This document shows positions 1-9,698 of a stretch of DNA of 64,000 nt, piece by piece. The stretch's first letter is position 1, and every line of letters begins with the position of its first letter. The DNA lies in NCBI GenBank assembly GCA_042408955.1, contig JBHOQQ010000070.1:3795-67794 (forward strand), in the 5' to 3' direction. The notes beneath the pieces were generated by a model that did not search any database, was not told the DNA's origin, and saw only the letters and a program-made list of their open reading frames with translations. A program made the translations under genes and the position numbers. The DNA is from Thermomicrobiales bacterium (GTDB taxonomy: Bacteria > Chloroflexota > Chloroflexia > Thermomicrobiales > UBA6265).

Positions 1-4
1 CGCG

Positions 5-802
5 ATGGGCCAGACGATGGTGATCATCACTGGAGGCATCGATCTGTCGGTTGGCTCAGTGCTGGCGCTGTCTGGCATCACGACTGGCATGCTCCTCGGT
101 GAGGGCTGGCCGCTTGGCGCCGCGATGGCCGGCGGAATCCTTGTCGGTTCGCTCACCGGACTCATTAACGGGTTGCTCATCACCCAGGTTGGCCTACCAC
201 CCTTTATTGCCACGCTTGGCACGCTCGGCATCGGGCGCGGACTCGTCTACGTCCTGACCAAAGGGTATCCGGTGACGATTCCCCGGGAGCACAGCTTTCT
301 CCTGAATCTCGGCCAGGGATACGTGGGGAGTATCCCCGTGCCTGTCATCATCATGGCAGTGCTGACCATTGTCGGCACGATATTTCTGAGCCAATCGACG
401 CTCGGTCGCTACATCTACGCTGTCGGCAGCAACGAAGAGGCGGCGCGGCTCGCCGGCATCAACGTCGGCCTCGTAAAATTACTCGTCTACACGCTGAACT
501 CCACCCTCGCGGCACTAGCCGGGCTGATCCTCGTTGCGCGGCTCGTCTCCGCTCAGCCGTCTGCGGGTCTTGGGTTTGAGCTTCCGGTCATCGCCGCGTC
601 CATCATCGGCGGCACAAGTCTGTTAGGCGGGGAAGGGACGATCCTTGGCGCGGTTCTTGGTGCAGCTATTATCGGCGTCCTCGACAACGGCATCGTGCTG
701 TTGGGGATCAACACATACGCTCAGCAGATCGTGACCGGTGTGGTCATCTTGTTAGCCGTCTCCTTGGATATCGTGCAGAAGCGGAGACGGCAGCGGGCGT
801 AG
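5..802 (+). CDS. Monosaccharide ABC transporter permease (RbsC/AraH-type); 5' end cut by window edge
   Basis: ORF 5..802 is open to the window start. Polytopic hydrophobic protein with ITGGIDLSVGS and GGTSLLGGEG segments typical of this permease family. TAG stop at 800-802. Confidence 0.9.
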   Translation: MGQTMVIITGGIDLSVGSVLALSGITTGMLLGEGWPLGAAMAGGILVGSLTGLINGLLITQVGLPPFIATLGTLGIGRGLVYVLTKGYPVTIPREHSFLLNLGQGYVGSIPVPVIIMAVLTIVGTIFLSQSTLGRYIYAVGSNEEAARLAGINVGLVKLLVYTLNSTLAALAGLILVARLVSAQPSAGLGFELPVIAASIIGGTSLLGGEGTILGAVLGAAIIGVLDNGIVLLGINTYAQQIVTGVVILLAVSLDIVQKRRRQRA

Positions 803-933
803 CACTCATTGATACGCGCAAACGTTGCGCCTGAGGACACCAGTCTCCCACCGGCGTTTCATTGCTGATTTGCTGTGCTGGGAGCGCTCTCTGCGCCAAC
901 GCTGCGGCCCAGTCGCGAGTGTTTCCGGGGCGC

Positions 934-962
934 TTGACAACAGCGATGGAGAGGTGTAGCAT
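934..962 (+). promoter_or_regulatory. Sigma70-type promoter for the galM-like gene
   Basis: TTGACA (934-939), 17 nt spacer, TAGCAT (957-962), read directly. It lies 74 nt upstream of ATG 1036. Confidence 0.6.
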
Positions 963-971
963 GCGGGCTTG

Positions 972-989
972 CGGAAAACGTGTTTCCCG
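972..989. promoter_or_regulatory. Candidate LacI-type operator (imperfect palindrome)
   Basis: CGGAAAACGTGTTTCCCG lies just downstream of the -10 box. The GGAAA/TTTCC arms resemble the perfect CCGGAAACGTTTCCGG palindrome at 17532-17547, but with 3 extra central nt. Confidence 0.35.
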
Positions 990-1035
990 AGACAACGGAG
1001 GTGCGTAAGGGAGCTTCACGACAGGAGGGAAGCCA

Positions 1036-2253
1036 ATGAGCACGCCGTCTGCCCGCGTACGATGTCGTAACCTGGTTACCGTGCTCAGTTCAGCCGCCGT
1101 AGTGGTCTTGGTCACGTCCTTCTTCGGAGGAATCGTGACGCGCGCACAGGAATCGACGCCGATGCCTGAAGGCACTCCCGGACCGGGACTCACGATCACG
1201 AAAGAGCCCTTCGGCACCGCCGATGGGCAGCCCGTCGATCTCTATACGCTCACCAATTCCAGCGGCATGGAAGTCAAGATCATGACCTACGGTGGGATCA
1301 TCCAGTCCATTCGCGTTCCCGACCGGAATGGTCAATTCGCCAATGTCACGCTTGGCTTTAGCACGCTGGACGATTACCTCGCTGGCCATCCGTACTTTGG
1401 CTGCATCACCGGCCGGTACGCGAACCGGATCGCTCGCGGGATGTTCACACTCGATGGCCAAACCTATCACCTCGCGCTCAACAACTACCCAAATTCGTTG
1501 CATGGTGGACAAAAGGGCTTTGACAAATACGTCTGGGAAGCGACGGAAATCCGCGACGCGAACGGTGTTGGCGTGCGGCTAAGCCGGGTCAGCCCTGATG
1601 GCGAGGAAGGCTATCCGGGCAATCTCGCCGTCGAGGTCACCTACACCCTGACCGAAAACAACGAGATTCGCATCGATTACCACGCGACAACGGACAAGCC
1701 AACGGTCGTCAATCTCACGAACCATGCGTACTTCAATCTTGCGGGAGAAGGGACCGGTAGCATTGAGGACCACGAACTTCAGATCAACGCCAGTAACTAC
1801 ACCCCGGTTGATGCCACCCTGATCCCGACCGGGGAGATCGCTCCCGTTGCCGGCACACCGCTCGACTTTACTCAGCCGATGCGCATCGGCGATCGCATCC
1901 GGGACGATTTCGAGCAGCTTCGGCTTGGCCGTGGCTATGACCACAATTTCGTGCTCGACCGGCCCAGCCCGGACGACACATCGCTGATCTTGGCGGCTCG
2001 GCTGCGCGATCCTGAAAGCGGTCGGACGCTGGAAATCTACACCACGGAACCAGGCATTCAGTTCTATTCCGGCAACTTCCTTGATGGCACGCTGTACGGT
2101 GCAAGCGGCAAAGCCTACCGGCAAACCGACGGCCTGGCGCTGGAGACCCAGCACTTCCCAAACTCACCGAATCAGCCGAATTTCCCCTCGACGGTGCTCC
2201 GTCCAGGGGAGGCATATAACTCAACCACGATTTATGCGTTTTCCATGTCATGA
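1036..2253 (+). CDS. galM: Aldose 1-epimerase (galactose mutarotase) with N-terminal signal/anchor
   Basis: 405-aa ORF with SD AGGAGGGA upstream of the ATG. Mutarotase hallmarks: [54 protein letters not shown]. The N-terminus [22 protein letters not shown] looks like a signal or membrane anchor. Confidence 0.9.
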   Translation: MSTPSARVRCRNLVTVLSSAAVVVLVTSFFGGIVTRAQESTPMPEGTPGPGLTITKEPFGTADGQPVDLYTLTNSSGMEVKIMTYGGIIQSIRVPDRNGQFANVTLGFSTLDDYLAGHPYFGCITGRYANRIARGMFTLDGQTYHLALNNYPNSLHGGQKGFDKYVWEATEIRDANGVGVRLSRVSPDGEEGYPGNLAVEVTYTLTENNEIRIDYHATTDKPTVVNLTNHAYFNLAGEGTGSIEDHELQINASNYTPVDATLIPTGEIAPVAGTPLDFTQPMRIGDRIRDDFEQLRLGRGYDHNFVLDRPSPDDTSLILAARLRDPESGRTLEIYTTEPGIQFYSGNFLDGTLYGASGKAYRQTDGLALETQHFPNSPNQPNFPSTVLRPGEAYNSTTIYAFSMS

Positions 2254-2314
2254 GCGGAAGTCAGCGGAGTGATCCGGCCCCGCGGTTGCCATTCGCGACG
2301 CTCTACCAAAACTC

Positions 2315-2343
2315 TTGACACACATGGCGAGCGGGCATAGTAT
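2315..2343 (+). promoter_or_regulatory. Sigma70-type promoter for the binding-protein/ATPase genes
   Basis: TTGACA (2315-2320), 17 nt spacer, TAGTAT (2338-2343). Confidence 0.6.
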
Positions 2344-2465
2344 CATCGGCTTCGCGAAAAGCCGTGGTTAGGGGGGGGACTACCTCCCCGTTCATCTGGG
2401 CGTAATGCCTGCCGCGCGGAAGGCGCCTCGCGCGGTACGTGGCCATTGATGGGTTGAGAGGAGTG

Positions 2466-3521
2466 ATGCTCGTGAGCACGAACACGTCCGCATGGTCCAA
2501 CCGGATGAATCGACGGCAGGTTTTGGGAGGCATTGCCGGCAGCGCCGCGGCCATGGCGATCTTCGGCACCTCCCGGCACGTTTTGGCTCAGGAGGCAAGC
2601 CCAACACCAGAGTTTGGCTGCATTGGCCCCGCACCGACGGTGACGATTACCCCGGTTCCTGAGGGCACAAAGATTACGGTCGCGCTTGTTCCTAAGCTCG
2701 TTCACCCCTTCTTTGAGGACTGCCGGAAGGGCGCCGAAGAGAAAGCAAAGGAGCTTGGCGTTGATTTCCAGTGGGTCGCGCCACAGACCGGTGACCCCGC
2801 AATCCAGGTCCAAATGATCGAGGACTTGGTGCGCAAGGGTGTGCACGCTATCGTCATCTCCCCGAACGAGCCCAAGTCGGTCGAGCCGGTAATTGCTGAC
2901 GCGGTCAGCAAGGGCATCCTGGTGATGACGTTCGACTCGGACTCCCCCGACAGCCAGCGGCTGATGTACATCGGCACCGACAACAAAACCGCGGGTGGCG
3001 TCCAAGGCAAGACGCTACACGATCTGCTCGAAGGCAAGGGGAAAGTCGGGATCATCACCGGCGGCTTGGGAGCGCTCAACCTCAATCAGCGGATCGAGGG
3101 ATTGAAGGAGGCGCTCGGACCAGACATCGAGGTCGTCGAAACGGTGGCCACCGATGACGACCTGCAAAAGGGCCTGAGCGTGAGCGAATCGCTGCTCCGA
3201 GCGCACAGCGATCTCAATGGCGTTGCGTGCGTAAGCGCGACTGGTGGACCGACTCTGGCGCAAGTCATGCGCGGCCCAGAGTTTCAGGATCGCATTGGCC
3301 AGTTGAAGATCGTTGCCTTCGACGACTTGGAAGAGACGATCAACGCCATCAAGGACGGCATCATTCAAGCCACGATGGTGCAGCGCCCGGTCCAAATGGG
3401 TAAGCTGTCGATCGAGTGGGCGTATAACATTTTGACTGGCAAAGCGACGCCACCATGCACCAACATCGACACCGGTGTCACGGTGGTCACCAAGGAGAAC
3501 ATCGACTCGTACACGAAGTAG
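2466..3521 (+). CDS. Sugar ABC transporter substrate-binding protein (RbsB-like, Tat signal)
   Basis: Periplasmic-binding-protein type I architecture with the twin-arginine motif NRRQVLGGIAGSAAAMA. The start is ambiguous: GTG 2439, ATG 2466 after GAGAGGAG, or ATG 2505. Confidence 0.85.
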   Translation: MLVSTNTSAWSNRMNRRQVLGGIAGSAAAMAIFGTSRHVLAQEASPTPEFGCIGPAPTVTITPVPEGTKITVALVPKLVHPFFEDCRKGAEEKAKELGVDFQWVAPQTGDPAIQVQMIEDLVRKGVHAIVISPNEPKSVEPVIADAVSKGILVMTFDSDSPDSQRLMYIGTDNKTAGGVQGKTLHDLLEGKGKVGIITGGLGALNLNQRIEGLKEALGPDIEVVETVATDDDLQKGLSVSESLLRAHSDLNGVACVSATGGPTLAQVMRGPEFQDRIGQLKIVAFDDLEETINAIKDGIIQATMVQRPVQMGKLSIEWAYNILTGKATPPCTNIDTGVTVVTKENIDSYTK

Positions 3522-3605
3522 CTTGTGCACACAGGCGGCGGCCGGGTGACCAGAGACCGAGCGCTCGCGCCCGGCCGCCGCACCGCCTGTCATGAGGTAC
3601 ACCCG

Positions 3606-5114
3606 ATGACCAAGCCGTTGCTGGCCATGCACAACATCCACAAGCGCTTTCCTGGCGTCCACGCGCTCAACAACGTGTCGATCGAAGTGCACGCTGGTGA
3701 GGTTCTGGCGCTTGTTGGCGAAAATGGCGCTGGCAAATCCACGCTGATGAAGATCCTCGCCGGGGCGATCCAGCCAGACGAGGGCAGGATCGAGATCGAC
3801 GGCCAACCGGTGACGTTCCACACGCCGCGTGACGCGCTTTCGCTTGGCATCGGGATCATCTACCAAGAGCTCAGCTTGGTCGATGCCCTCAGCGTAGGGG
3901 AAAATATCTTCCTGGGCGACCTCCCTCGGCATCCCAAGATTCCAGGCAAAGTCGATTGGCCCACGCTCTGGCGCCGCACAGCGGAGATTCTGAACCGCGT
4001 CGGGGCACACGTGCGCCCGCAAACTCCGGTGCGACACCTGAGCGTGGCCCAAAAGCAAATGGTTGAAATCGCTCGCGCGCTCGCACGCAACGTGCGGATC
4101 CTGATTCTTGACGAGCCGACTAGTGCGCTGACAACGCAAGAAACGGAAACTCTCTTCGATATCATTGCCTCCCTCCGAGAACGTGGAGTGGGCATCATCT
4201 ACATCTCTCACCGGCTGGAGGAGATCTTCGCGGTCGCGCAGCGTGTCACCGTTCTCCGCGACGGCCAGCTCGTCGGGACACTGCCGATCGCTGAGGCGAC
4301 ACACGAGCGCCTGATCAGCATGATGGTTGGCCGCGACCTAAGCAATCTCTTTTCGCGTGCCGCCGCGACCGAAGGGCCCGTGCGCCTGGAGGTACGCGGG
4401 TTGCAGCGCGCTGGCGTGCTGCGAGATATCAGCTTTCATGTTCGCGCAGGCGAAATTCTCGGTATCGCTGGCCTGGTTGGTTCGGGGCGCACCGAGCTTG
4501 TACGCTCGATTTTCGGCGCTGATCCGATCGACGGAGGCGAAATCTTATTGGATGGCAAGCCGGTGACGATTCGATCCCCGCGCGATGCCGTCCGCCTCGG
4601 TATCGGCCTTGTTCCAGAGGATCGCAAGCAGCAGGCATTGCTGCTGAGGATGGCCGTCCGCGAGAATATCTCCCTGCCTGTGCTGACACGCCTGGGCTCC
4701 CCGATGTTCCCATCGCGAGCACAGGAGCGTAGCCTGGCAAGCCACTTCGTCACGAACCTCCGCATCCGCACTCCGTCAATCGAGCAGAACGTGAGTGCCC
4801 TCAGCGGTGGGAATCAGCAAAAGGTCGTTATTGCCCGCTGGCTGGCCCTGCAACCCAAGGTGCTCATCTTAGACGAGCCGACGCGCGGCATCGACGTTGG
4901 CGCCAAGGCCGAGGTGCACGCACTGATTGCCCAGCTTGCCGAGCAAGGCGTGGCGATCATCATGGTCTCCTCCGAGTTGCCGGAAATTCTGGGCATGAGC
5001 CATCGCATCCTGGTTATGCGCCAGGGCAGGATCACCGCCGACATTCCGCGGGAAGACGCCACGGAAGAGCGGATCATGACCGCGGCGACCGGCCAGTTTG
5101 CGGAGGTGGCGTAG
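3606..5114 (+). CDS. Sugar ABC transporter ATP-binding protein (duplicated NBD, RbsA/MglA-like)
   Basis: Walker A GENGAGKST, second NBD GLVGSGRTE, signature LSGGNQQK, Walker B ILILDEPT and VLILDEPT. ATG 3606 follows GAGGT; the upstream 27 codons of the ORF-track call look non-coding. Confidence 0.9.
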   Translation: MTKPLLAMHNIHKRFPGVHALNNVSIEVHAGEVLALVGENGAGKSTLMKILAGAIQPDEGRIEIDGQPVTFHTPRDALSLGIGIIYQELSLVDALSVGENIFLGDLPRHPKIPGKVDWPTLWRRTAEILNRVGAHVRPQTPVRHLSVAQKQMVEIARALARNVRILILDEPTSALTTQETETLFDIIASLRERGVGIIYISHRLEEIFAVAQRVTVLRDGQLVGTLPIAEATHERLISMMVGRDLSNLFSRAAATEGPVRLEVRGLQRAGVLRDISFHVRAGEILGIAGLVGSGRTELVRSIFGADPIDGGEILLDGKPVTIRSPRDAVRLGIGLVPEDRKQQALLLRMAVRENISLPVLTRLGSPMFPSRAQERSLASHFVTNLRIRTPSIEQNVSALSGGNQQKVVIARWLALQPKVLILDEPTRGIDVGAKAEVHALIAQLAEQGVAIIMVSSELPEILGMSHRILVMRQGRITADIPREDATEERIMTAATGQFAEVA

Positions 5115-6087
5115 GGGAATTGACAGCCGCGAGCTTGGCCGCGATCTCGGCGTTGATCCCCCACTTCGGCGGATAAAACGGCTCCACCGGGCCGGCAGCC
5201 GGCCGGAATGTTCTCTTCAGGCGCGTCCGCTCACTGCGCAGGTCGGGGAAAGCGATACGCGAGTACTTATCCACCTCGCAGAAGAGGTTCTGGCAATCGA
5301 TGGCGTGCAGTGAGCGGCCCCAGAGCGACTGAAACCGCAAACCGAGCCGGTCAAACTCCGCCTCTTGCCGCTCGACCATCCAGTGGATGACCGCGGGCAG
5401 CGTGAGCGATCCGGTATGGACGAAGCACTTGCGAATGCCGCGCACCGCGCCCGGTCCCGGCACGGTAAAACCGTTCTCGTCGAAGTCGAACAACTCGCTG
5501 TAATTCAGGTCGATCGCAAGCTGGTAGGCCAAGAATGGCCCAACCAGCGGGTAGGCCAGCAGCAGGCGATAGACGGCGTCCAAACCGCGGGAGCGCGCGA
5601 GCTTCGCTGGCAACCGGTCGCGCAGCATCGCCTCGACCAAGGCCAGGTGCTGGCGATGCTTGCTTCGGGGGCCGCAAGCGGAGCCCGGCGGCAGGATAAA
5701 GGCGCTGGTGTAGATCGCATCTCCGTTGTCCAGCGCCGCCTCGAGGGTAGTAGCGAACGCGGCGGGATCGAAGGAACCGGTGCAGATCGGCCCGTGTGCT
5801 GACTCGAGCCGTTGCCAGGTTGCAATCCGGCTGAACAGGCGGAAGAGAACGATCCGCAGCACCGTGTCCTCCGGCGAGAATCCGGGTTGATAGATCACCT
5901 CACGGATGAGGAACTGGGAGACCCGGTCGCTGGCGCGATAGGCGTTGCAGAATCGATAGGCGCGTAGGATCGGATCGGCGGTCCAAGGCGGCGGTGCGCC
6001 ATCGAGGCGGCGGAAAAAGATGGCCTGCCGCTCGGCGGCAAAGCGCCAGTAGGTATCGAACACAGTCGACCGTGGGAGGGGCTGCAT
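5074..6087 (-). CDS. aGPT-Pplase-like protein (putative DNA base hypermodification family); assignment from memory of family motifs
   Basis: 337-aa ORF. N-terminal TYWRFAAERQAIFFRR...PPWTADPILRAYRFCNAYRASDRVSQFLI, and central GPFLAYQLAIDLNYS plus VPGPGAVRGI. I recall these as signatures of alpha-glutamyl/putrescinyl thymine pyrophosphorylase-type proteins. The 3' end overlaps the convergent ATPase gene by 41 nt. Confidence 0.5.
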   Translation of the reverse strand: MQPLPRSTVFDTYWRFAAERQAIFFRRLDGAPPPWTADPILRAYRFCNAYRASDRVSQFLIREVIYQPGFSPEDTVLRIVLFRLFSRIATWQRLESAHGPICTGSFDPAAFATTLEAALDNGDAIYTSAFILPPGSACGPRSKHRQHLALVEAMLRDRLPAKLARSRGLDAVYRLLLAYPLVGPFLAYQLAIDLNYSELFDFDENGFTVPGPGAVRGIRKCFVHTGSLTLPAVIHWMVERQEAEFDRLGLRFQSLWGRSLHAIDCQNLFCEVDKYSRIAFPDLRSERTRLKRTFRPAAGPVEPFYPPKWGINAEIAAKLAAVNSPTPPPQTGRSPRS

Positions 6088-6192
6088 GCTGTTACATCCG
6101 AGGTATCCTACCTAGTGCCGTCCGGCTGGTGACGATTTCAGATACTGAGATCCTTGCGCGCAACCAGGCCCGAGGCCCGTGGCTCGTGAAAG

Positions 6193-6954
6193 CTACTCTT
6201 CGGCAAACTGGAAGAGCGAGCAGCCGCCATCCACCAGCAGGACGGCGCCGGTCATGTAGTCCGCGGCGGAGGAGCAGAGGAACGCCGTCGCTTTCGCCAC
6301 TTGCTCGGCCGTTTGTAATTGACCCAGCGGAATGACGTGCCGGATGCGGCGGGCATACTGCGGCTCTGTCTCCATCTGGTGCTTGGCGAGCCCCGCGTAG
6401 ACGATCCCAGGAGCGATCACATTGACCAGAATCTTATGCTTGGCTAGCTCGCGCGCCATCGATTTGGCAAGCATCCGCACGCCAGCCTTGGTCGCCGAAT
6501 ACGCCGCGATCTCCGGCCACGGCACCTCCTGGACCCAGGTGCCCGTAAAGATAATTCTCCCTGGCCGCCCCCGCGCGACCATCAGCCGGGCAGCCGCCTG
6601 CCCGACGTTGAAACAACCGGTGAGATTCACATCCATGTGCTCCTGCCATTGTGCGGGTGTGATGTCCAGAAATGGGATGCCGAAGCCGATGGCTTGGTTC
6701 GCAATAGCGATATCCAGCGGGTCAATGGCAGCCAGGACAGCATCAATCGCTGGGCGATCGCGGACATCGGCTTGCACGTAGGCGACATCGCCGTGCTGGC
6801 GCGCCCGCTCCAACCAAGGTGCTGCTTCCTGTGGCGATTTCCGATCAATGAGCGTCACGCGAGCGCCGAGCCGGGTTAGCTCTGCGGCCATCGCCGAGCC
6901 GATATCGCCCGCCCCACCGGTAATCACGATTCCCAATCCCGCGATACCTTCCAC
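6193..6954 (-). CDS. SDR-family oxidoreductase
   Basis: TGGAGDIGSA (TGxxxGxG) and YSATKAG (YxxxK). GTG 6954 is preceded by GGAGGG. Confidence 0.9.
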   Translation of the reverse strand: MEGIAGLGIVITGGAGDIGSAMAAELTRLGARVTLIDRKSPQEAAPWLERARQHGDVAYVQADVRDRPAIDAVLAAIDPLDIAIANQAIGFGIPFLDITPAQWQEHMDVNLTGCFNVGQAAARLMVARGRPGRIIFTGTWVQEVPWPEIAAYSATKAGVRMLAKSMARELAKHKILVNVIAPGIVYAGLAKHQMETEPQYARRIRHVIPLGQLQTAEQVAKATAFLCSSAADYMTGAVLLVDGGCSLFQFAEE

Positions 6955-7027
6955 GGCTGCACCCTCCTCTACGATCGCATTGGGGATGATCGCCCAATCT
7001 CCTCCGCGGCTTCATTGCCATGCGGTC

Positions 7028-7059
7028 TTGACATCGCTCTGAAGCTCCGGTATTGTACC
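7028..7059 (+). promoter_or_regulatory. Promoter of the GntR-family gene with overlapping GGTA-TTG-TACC palindrome
   Basis: TTGACA (7028-7033), 17 nt spacer, TATTGT (7051-7056). GGTATTGTACC (7049-7059) is a GntR-style GT-N-AC palindrome over the -10 box. The ATG at 7069 leaves a leader of only about 6 nt. Confidence 0.55.
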
Positions 7060-7068
7060 AGCACTGCT

Positions 7069-7890
7069 ATGACCGGTAAGACCAACCAGGCTGTGATTCA
7101 CCTCTCTCGCGGTGAACTCGCAGCGACACTCGAAGAGCGGATTCTCAGCGGGGAATGGCCCGTGGGTACCCGGTTACCTTCTGAACGCCAGCTGGCCGAG
7201 TACTACGGTGTCAGCCGGCCAGTGGTGCGAGAGGCATTACGCGCGCTCAGCGAGCACGGACTCGTCGAAATCCTGCCAGGCCGCGGCTCCTTCGTCCGGC
7301 AAGCCCAGGCGACCGACGCGGCGAGCCGCCTAGACGCGCTGTACCGGCGCCGGCAGGCCACGCCTCGCGATCTCGTCGAGGCCCGAACCACTCTGGAGTG
7401 CGCCGCGGCCGCGCTGGCAGCCGAGCGTGCCAGCGCCGACGATTTGGCTACGATCGAGGCCGCCCTGCAGCGATTCGACCAAAGCCAGAGCATCGTCGAG
7501 CAAGCCAGGTACGACCTGGCATTTCATCTCGCCATTGCACGCGCAGCCCATAATCCAGTCATCGAGACGATGTTTGGGTCTATCACTACCCTGACATTCG
7601 AGCTTATGCTGCGCAGTCTTAGCGACCCTGATGTTGCGCGCGTCTCACTACCGTATCATCACGTTATCTACCAGGCGATCCAAGAGCGAGCAGTCGAGCG
7701 GGCCCGCACGGCCATGGCAGAACATCTCGCGGTAGCCAGCACGCATTATGGTGACGACTACAATCGCAGCATAGAAAGTGTCACCCCACGACAGTTCGCC
7801 AGAATGCTCGATCCTGGCGTGACGCTTGAAGATCTTCTGACCGACCACCGATACGCCCGACGCGCCAGTGGGCAAGGAGGAGGCTCATGA
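7069..7890 (+). CDS. GntR/FadR-family (FCD domain) transcriptional regulator
   Basis: Winged helix LPSERQLAEYYGVSRPVVREALRAL plus a C-terminal all-helical FCD-like domain (DLAFHLAIARAAHNP). The ORF-track TTG at 7015 lies upstream of the promoter, so ATG 7069 is preferred. Confidence 0.85.
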   Translation: MTGKTNQAVIHLSRGELAATLEERILSGEWPVGTRLPSERQLAEYYGVSRPVVREALRALSEHGLVEILPGRGSFVRQAQATDAASRLDALYRRRQATPRDLVEARTTLECAAAALAAERASADDLATIEAALQRFDQSQSIVEQARYDLAFHLAIARAAHNPVIETMFGSITTLTFELMLRSLSDPDVARVSLPYHHVIYQAIQERAVERARTAMAEHLAVASTHYGDDYNRSIESVTPRQFARMLDPGVTLEDLLTDHRYARRASGQGGGS

Positions 7891-8684
7891 CAGCGCCCAT
7901 CAGCAGTGAGACGACGAGCGCGGACGCACCCGGAAGCCCCCTGCTTGAAGCTCGTGGCATCTGCAAGGCATTTCTGCACGTGCAAGCGCTGCAGGACGTG
8001 GACTTCCGTGTCTATCCAGGCGAAATCGTCGCGCTGGTCGGCGATAACGGCGCTGGCAAGAGCACGCTGATGAAGATCCTCTGCGGTGCCTATCACGCCG
8101 ATCGCGGCCGGATTTTCATTGATGGCCGCGAGGTGACGATCCGCAACCCGCACGATGCGCAGGCACTCGGCATCGCAGTCGTTTACCAGGATCTCGCCCT
8201 GGTCAACCAGCGCGATGTGGCGAGCAATGTCTTCCTCGGGCGTGAGCCCAAGCGCGGGATCGGTCTTGTGGACAAGCCGCGGATGGTCCGGGAATCACGC
8301 CAGGTGTTGCAGCGGCTCAAGATCAACATCCCTTCGGTCTACGCGCAAGTCGGACTCCTCTCCGGCGGCCAGCGGCAAGCGGTGGCTATTGCCAGGGCGA
8401 TTCACCAGGGTGGCCGCCTCATCTTCATGGATGAGCCGACCGCCGCCCTGGGCGTCCAGGAGCAGGCGAAAGTCCTCAAGCTGATCGAGGATCTGAAAGC
8501 AGAAGGGACCGCAGTCGTCGTCGTCAGCCATAACCTGCAACACGTCTTTCATGTGGCCGACCGGATCGTCGTCTTGCGCGGCGGCTGCAACGCCGGAGAG
8601 CGCCTGAAGGCCGAGACGACGCCGGAGGAGATCGTGCGGCTGATTGTCGGGGCTGATCGCATCGTTCCAGCAGAGGTGGCATAG
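7887..8684 (+). CDS. ABC transporter ATP-binding protein (single NBD, sugar type)
   Basis: GDNGAGKST, LSGGQRQAVAIARA, LIFMDEPTAAL. The ATG overlaps the regulator stop (ATGA). Confidence 0.9.
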   Translation: MTAPISSETTSADAPGSPLLEARGICKAFLHVQALQDVDFRVYPGEIVALVGDNGAGKSTLMKILCGAYHADRGRIFIDGREVTIRNPHDAQALGIAVVYQDLALVNQRDVASNVFLGREPKRGIGLVDKPRMVRESRQVLQRLKINIPSVYAQVGLLSGGQRQAVAIARAIHQGGRLIFMDEPTAALGVQEQAKVLKLIEDLKAEGTAVVVVSHNLQHVFHVADRIVVLRGGCNAGERLKAETTPEEIVRLIVGADRIVPAEVA

Positions 8685-9698
8685 ATGGCGGAGCTGGCGT
8701 TGCGGGATCAGGAAAGCGCCGGGCTCGTCGGCGTCGGAGAGCGAGGGTTTCTGCGCCGCCTGCGGGATACGCGGGAGTTGGGCATCCTGTTCGCGGCTGT
8801 GGCGATGTTCGCCTTTCTGGCCATCGCCCGCACCGACACCTTCCTCACGACGAACAATCTTATCGGTGTCGCCCAGCGTATTTCCTTGCTGACGATCATC
8901 GCGGTCGGTATGACGTTCGTGATGATCTCCGGTGAGATCGACCTGTCGGTCGGATCAATGTACGGCTTGCTGGCAATCGGTCTCTCCCAAGCCCTCGTCA
9001 ACTGGGGGTGGGATCCCATCGCCGCCATGCCTGCAGTACTCCTGGCCGGCCTGACGCTGGGCTTCATCAATGGCTTCATCACCACCACCTTTCGTATCCC
9101 TTCATTCATCGTGACCCTTGGCATGCTCGCGCTCCTGCGCGGCGTAACCCTCACGTGGATTCGGACTCCGCCATTCGGGCGGGTCGGCGGCTGGTTCGAC
9201 CGGATTTTCGGCGGCTACATCTGGGAGATTCCCGCGCAGGTCTTCTGGATGTTCGGCATCGTCATCGTCGCCGCTTGGGTTCTGTCCCAGACGAAATTTG
9301 GCTATCACGTTTACGCAACAGGAGGCAATCCGCAAGCCGCGGCAAACGCCGGGATTGACGTCCGGCGCGTCAAAATCGCGTGCTTCATGATCCTCGGCGG
9401 CCTGACCGCCCTGGCATCCTGCATTCTGATCGGCTGGCTGCACGGCGTCTCGCGCAATCATGGCACCGGCTACGAGTTGGACGTCATCGCCGCCGTCGTG
9501 ATTGGGGGAACGAATCTGTTTGGTGGCGCAGGAAGTGTCTTTGGCACCTTCCTTGGCGCAACAATTACCGGATTACTCACCAATGGTCTGATCCTGCTGG
9601 GGTTCGAGCAGGATACTGAGCAGATTGCCAAGGGAGCCGTCATCATTCTCGCAGTCACCCTAGACAACTGGATTCGGCGCCGCCAGCGGATCGCCTAA
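8685..9698 (+). CDS. Monosaccharide ABC transporter permease
   Basis: Paralogue of 5..802 (GEIDLSVGS, GGTNLFGGAGS). The ATG immediately follows the upstream TAG. Confidence 0.9.
   Translation: MAELALRDQESAGLVGVGERGFLRRLRDTRELGILFAAVAMFAFLAIARTDTFLTTNNLIGVAQRISLLTIIAVGMTFVMISGEIDLSVGSMYGLLAIGLSQALVNWGWDPIAAMPAVLLAGLTLGFINGFITTTFRIPSFIVTLGMLALLRGVTLTWIRTPPFGRVGGWFDRIFGGYIWEIPAQVFWMFGIVIVAAWVLSQTKFGYHVYATGGNPQAAANAGIDVRRVKIACFMILGGLTALASCILIGWLHGVSRNHGTGYELDVIAAVVIGGTNLFGGAGSVFGTFLGATITGLLTNGLILLGFEQDTEQIAKGAVIILAVTLDNWIRRRQRIA

Noticed and set aside
3015-4304. Long antisense ORFs in the track, for example 3015..4304(-), 744..1217(-), 9953..10726(-), 14657..15310(-), 31031..31708(-), 49035..50042(+), 50048..50893(+), 52164..53081(-), 57423..58046(-), 61767..62627(-) and 63072..63820(-)
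   Set aside because: Each lies fully inside, and opposite to or out of frame with, a gene that has clear family motifs. The products are Arg/Ala/Gly/Pro-rich, as expected for shadow frames in high-GC DNA. None has an SD-supported start.
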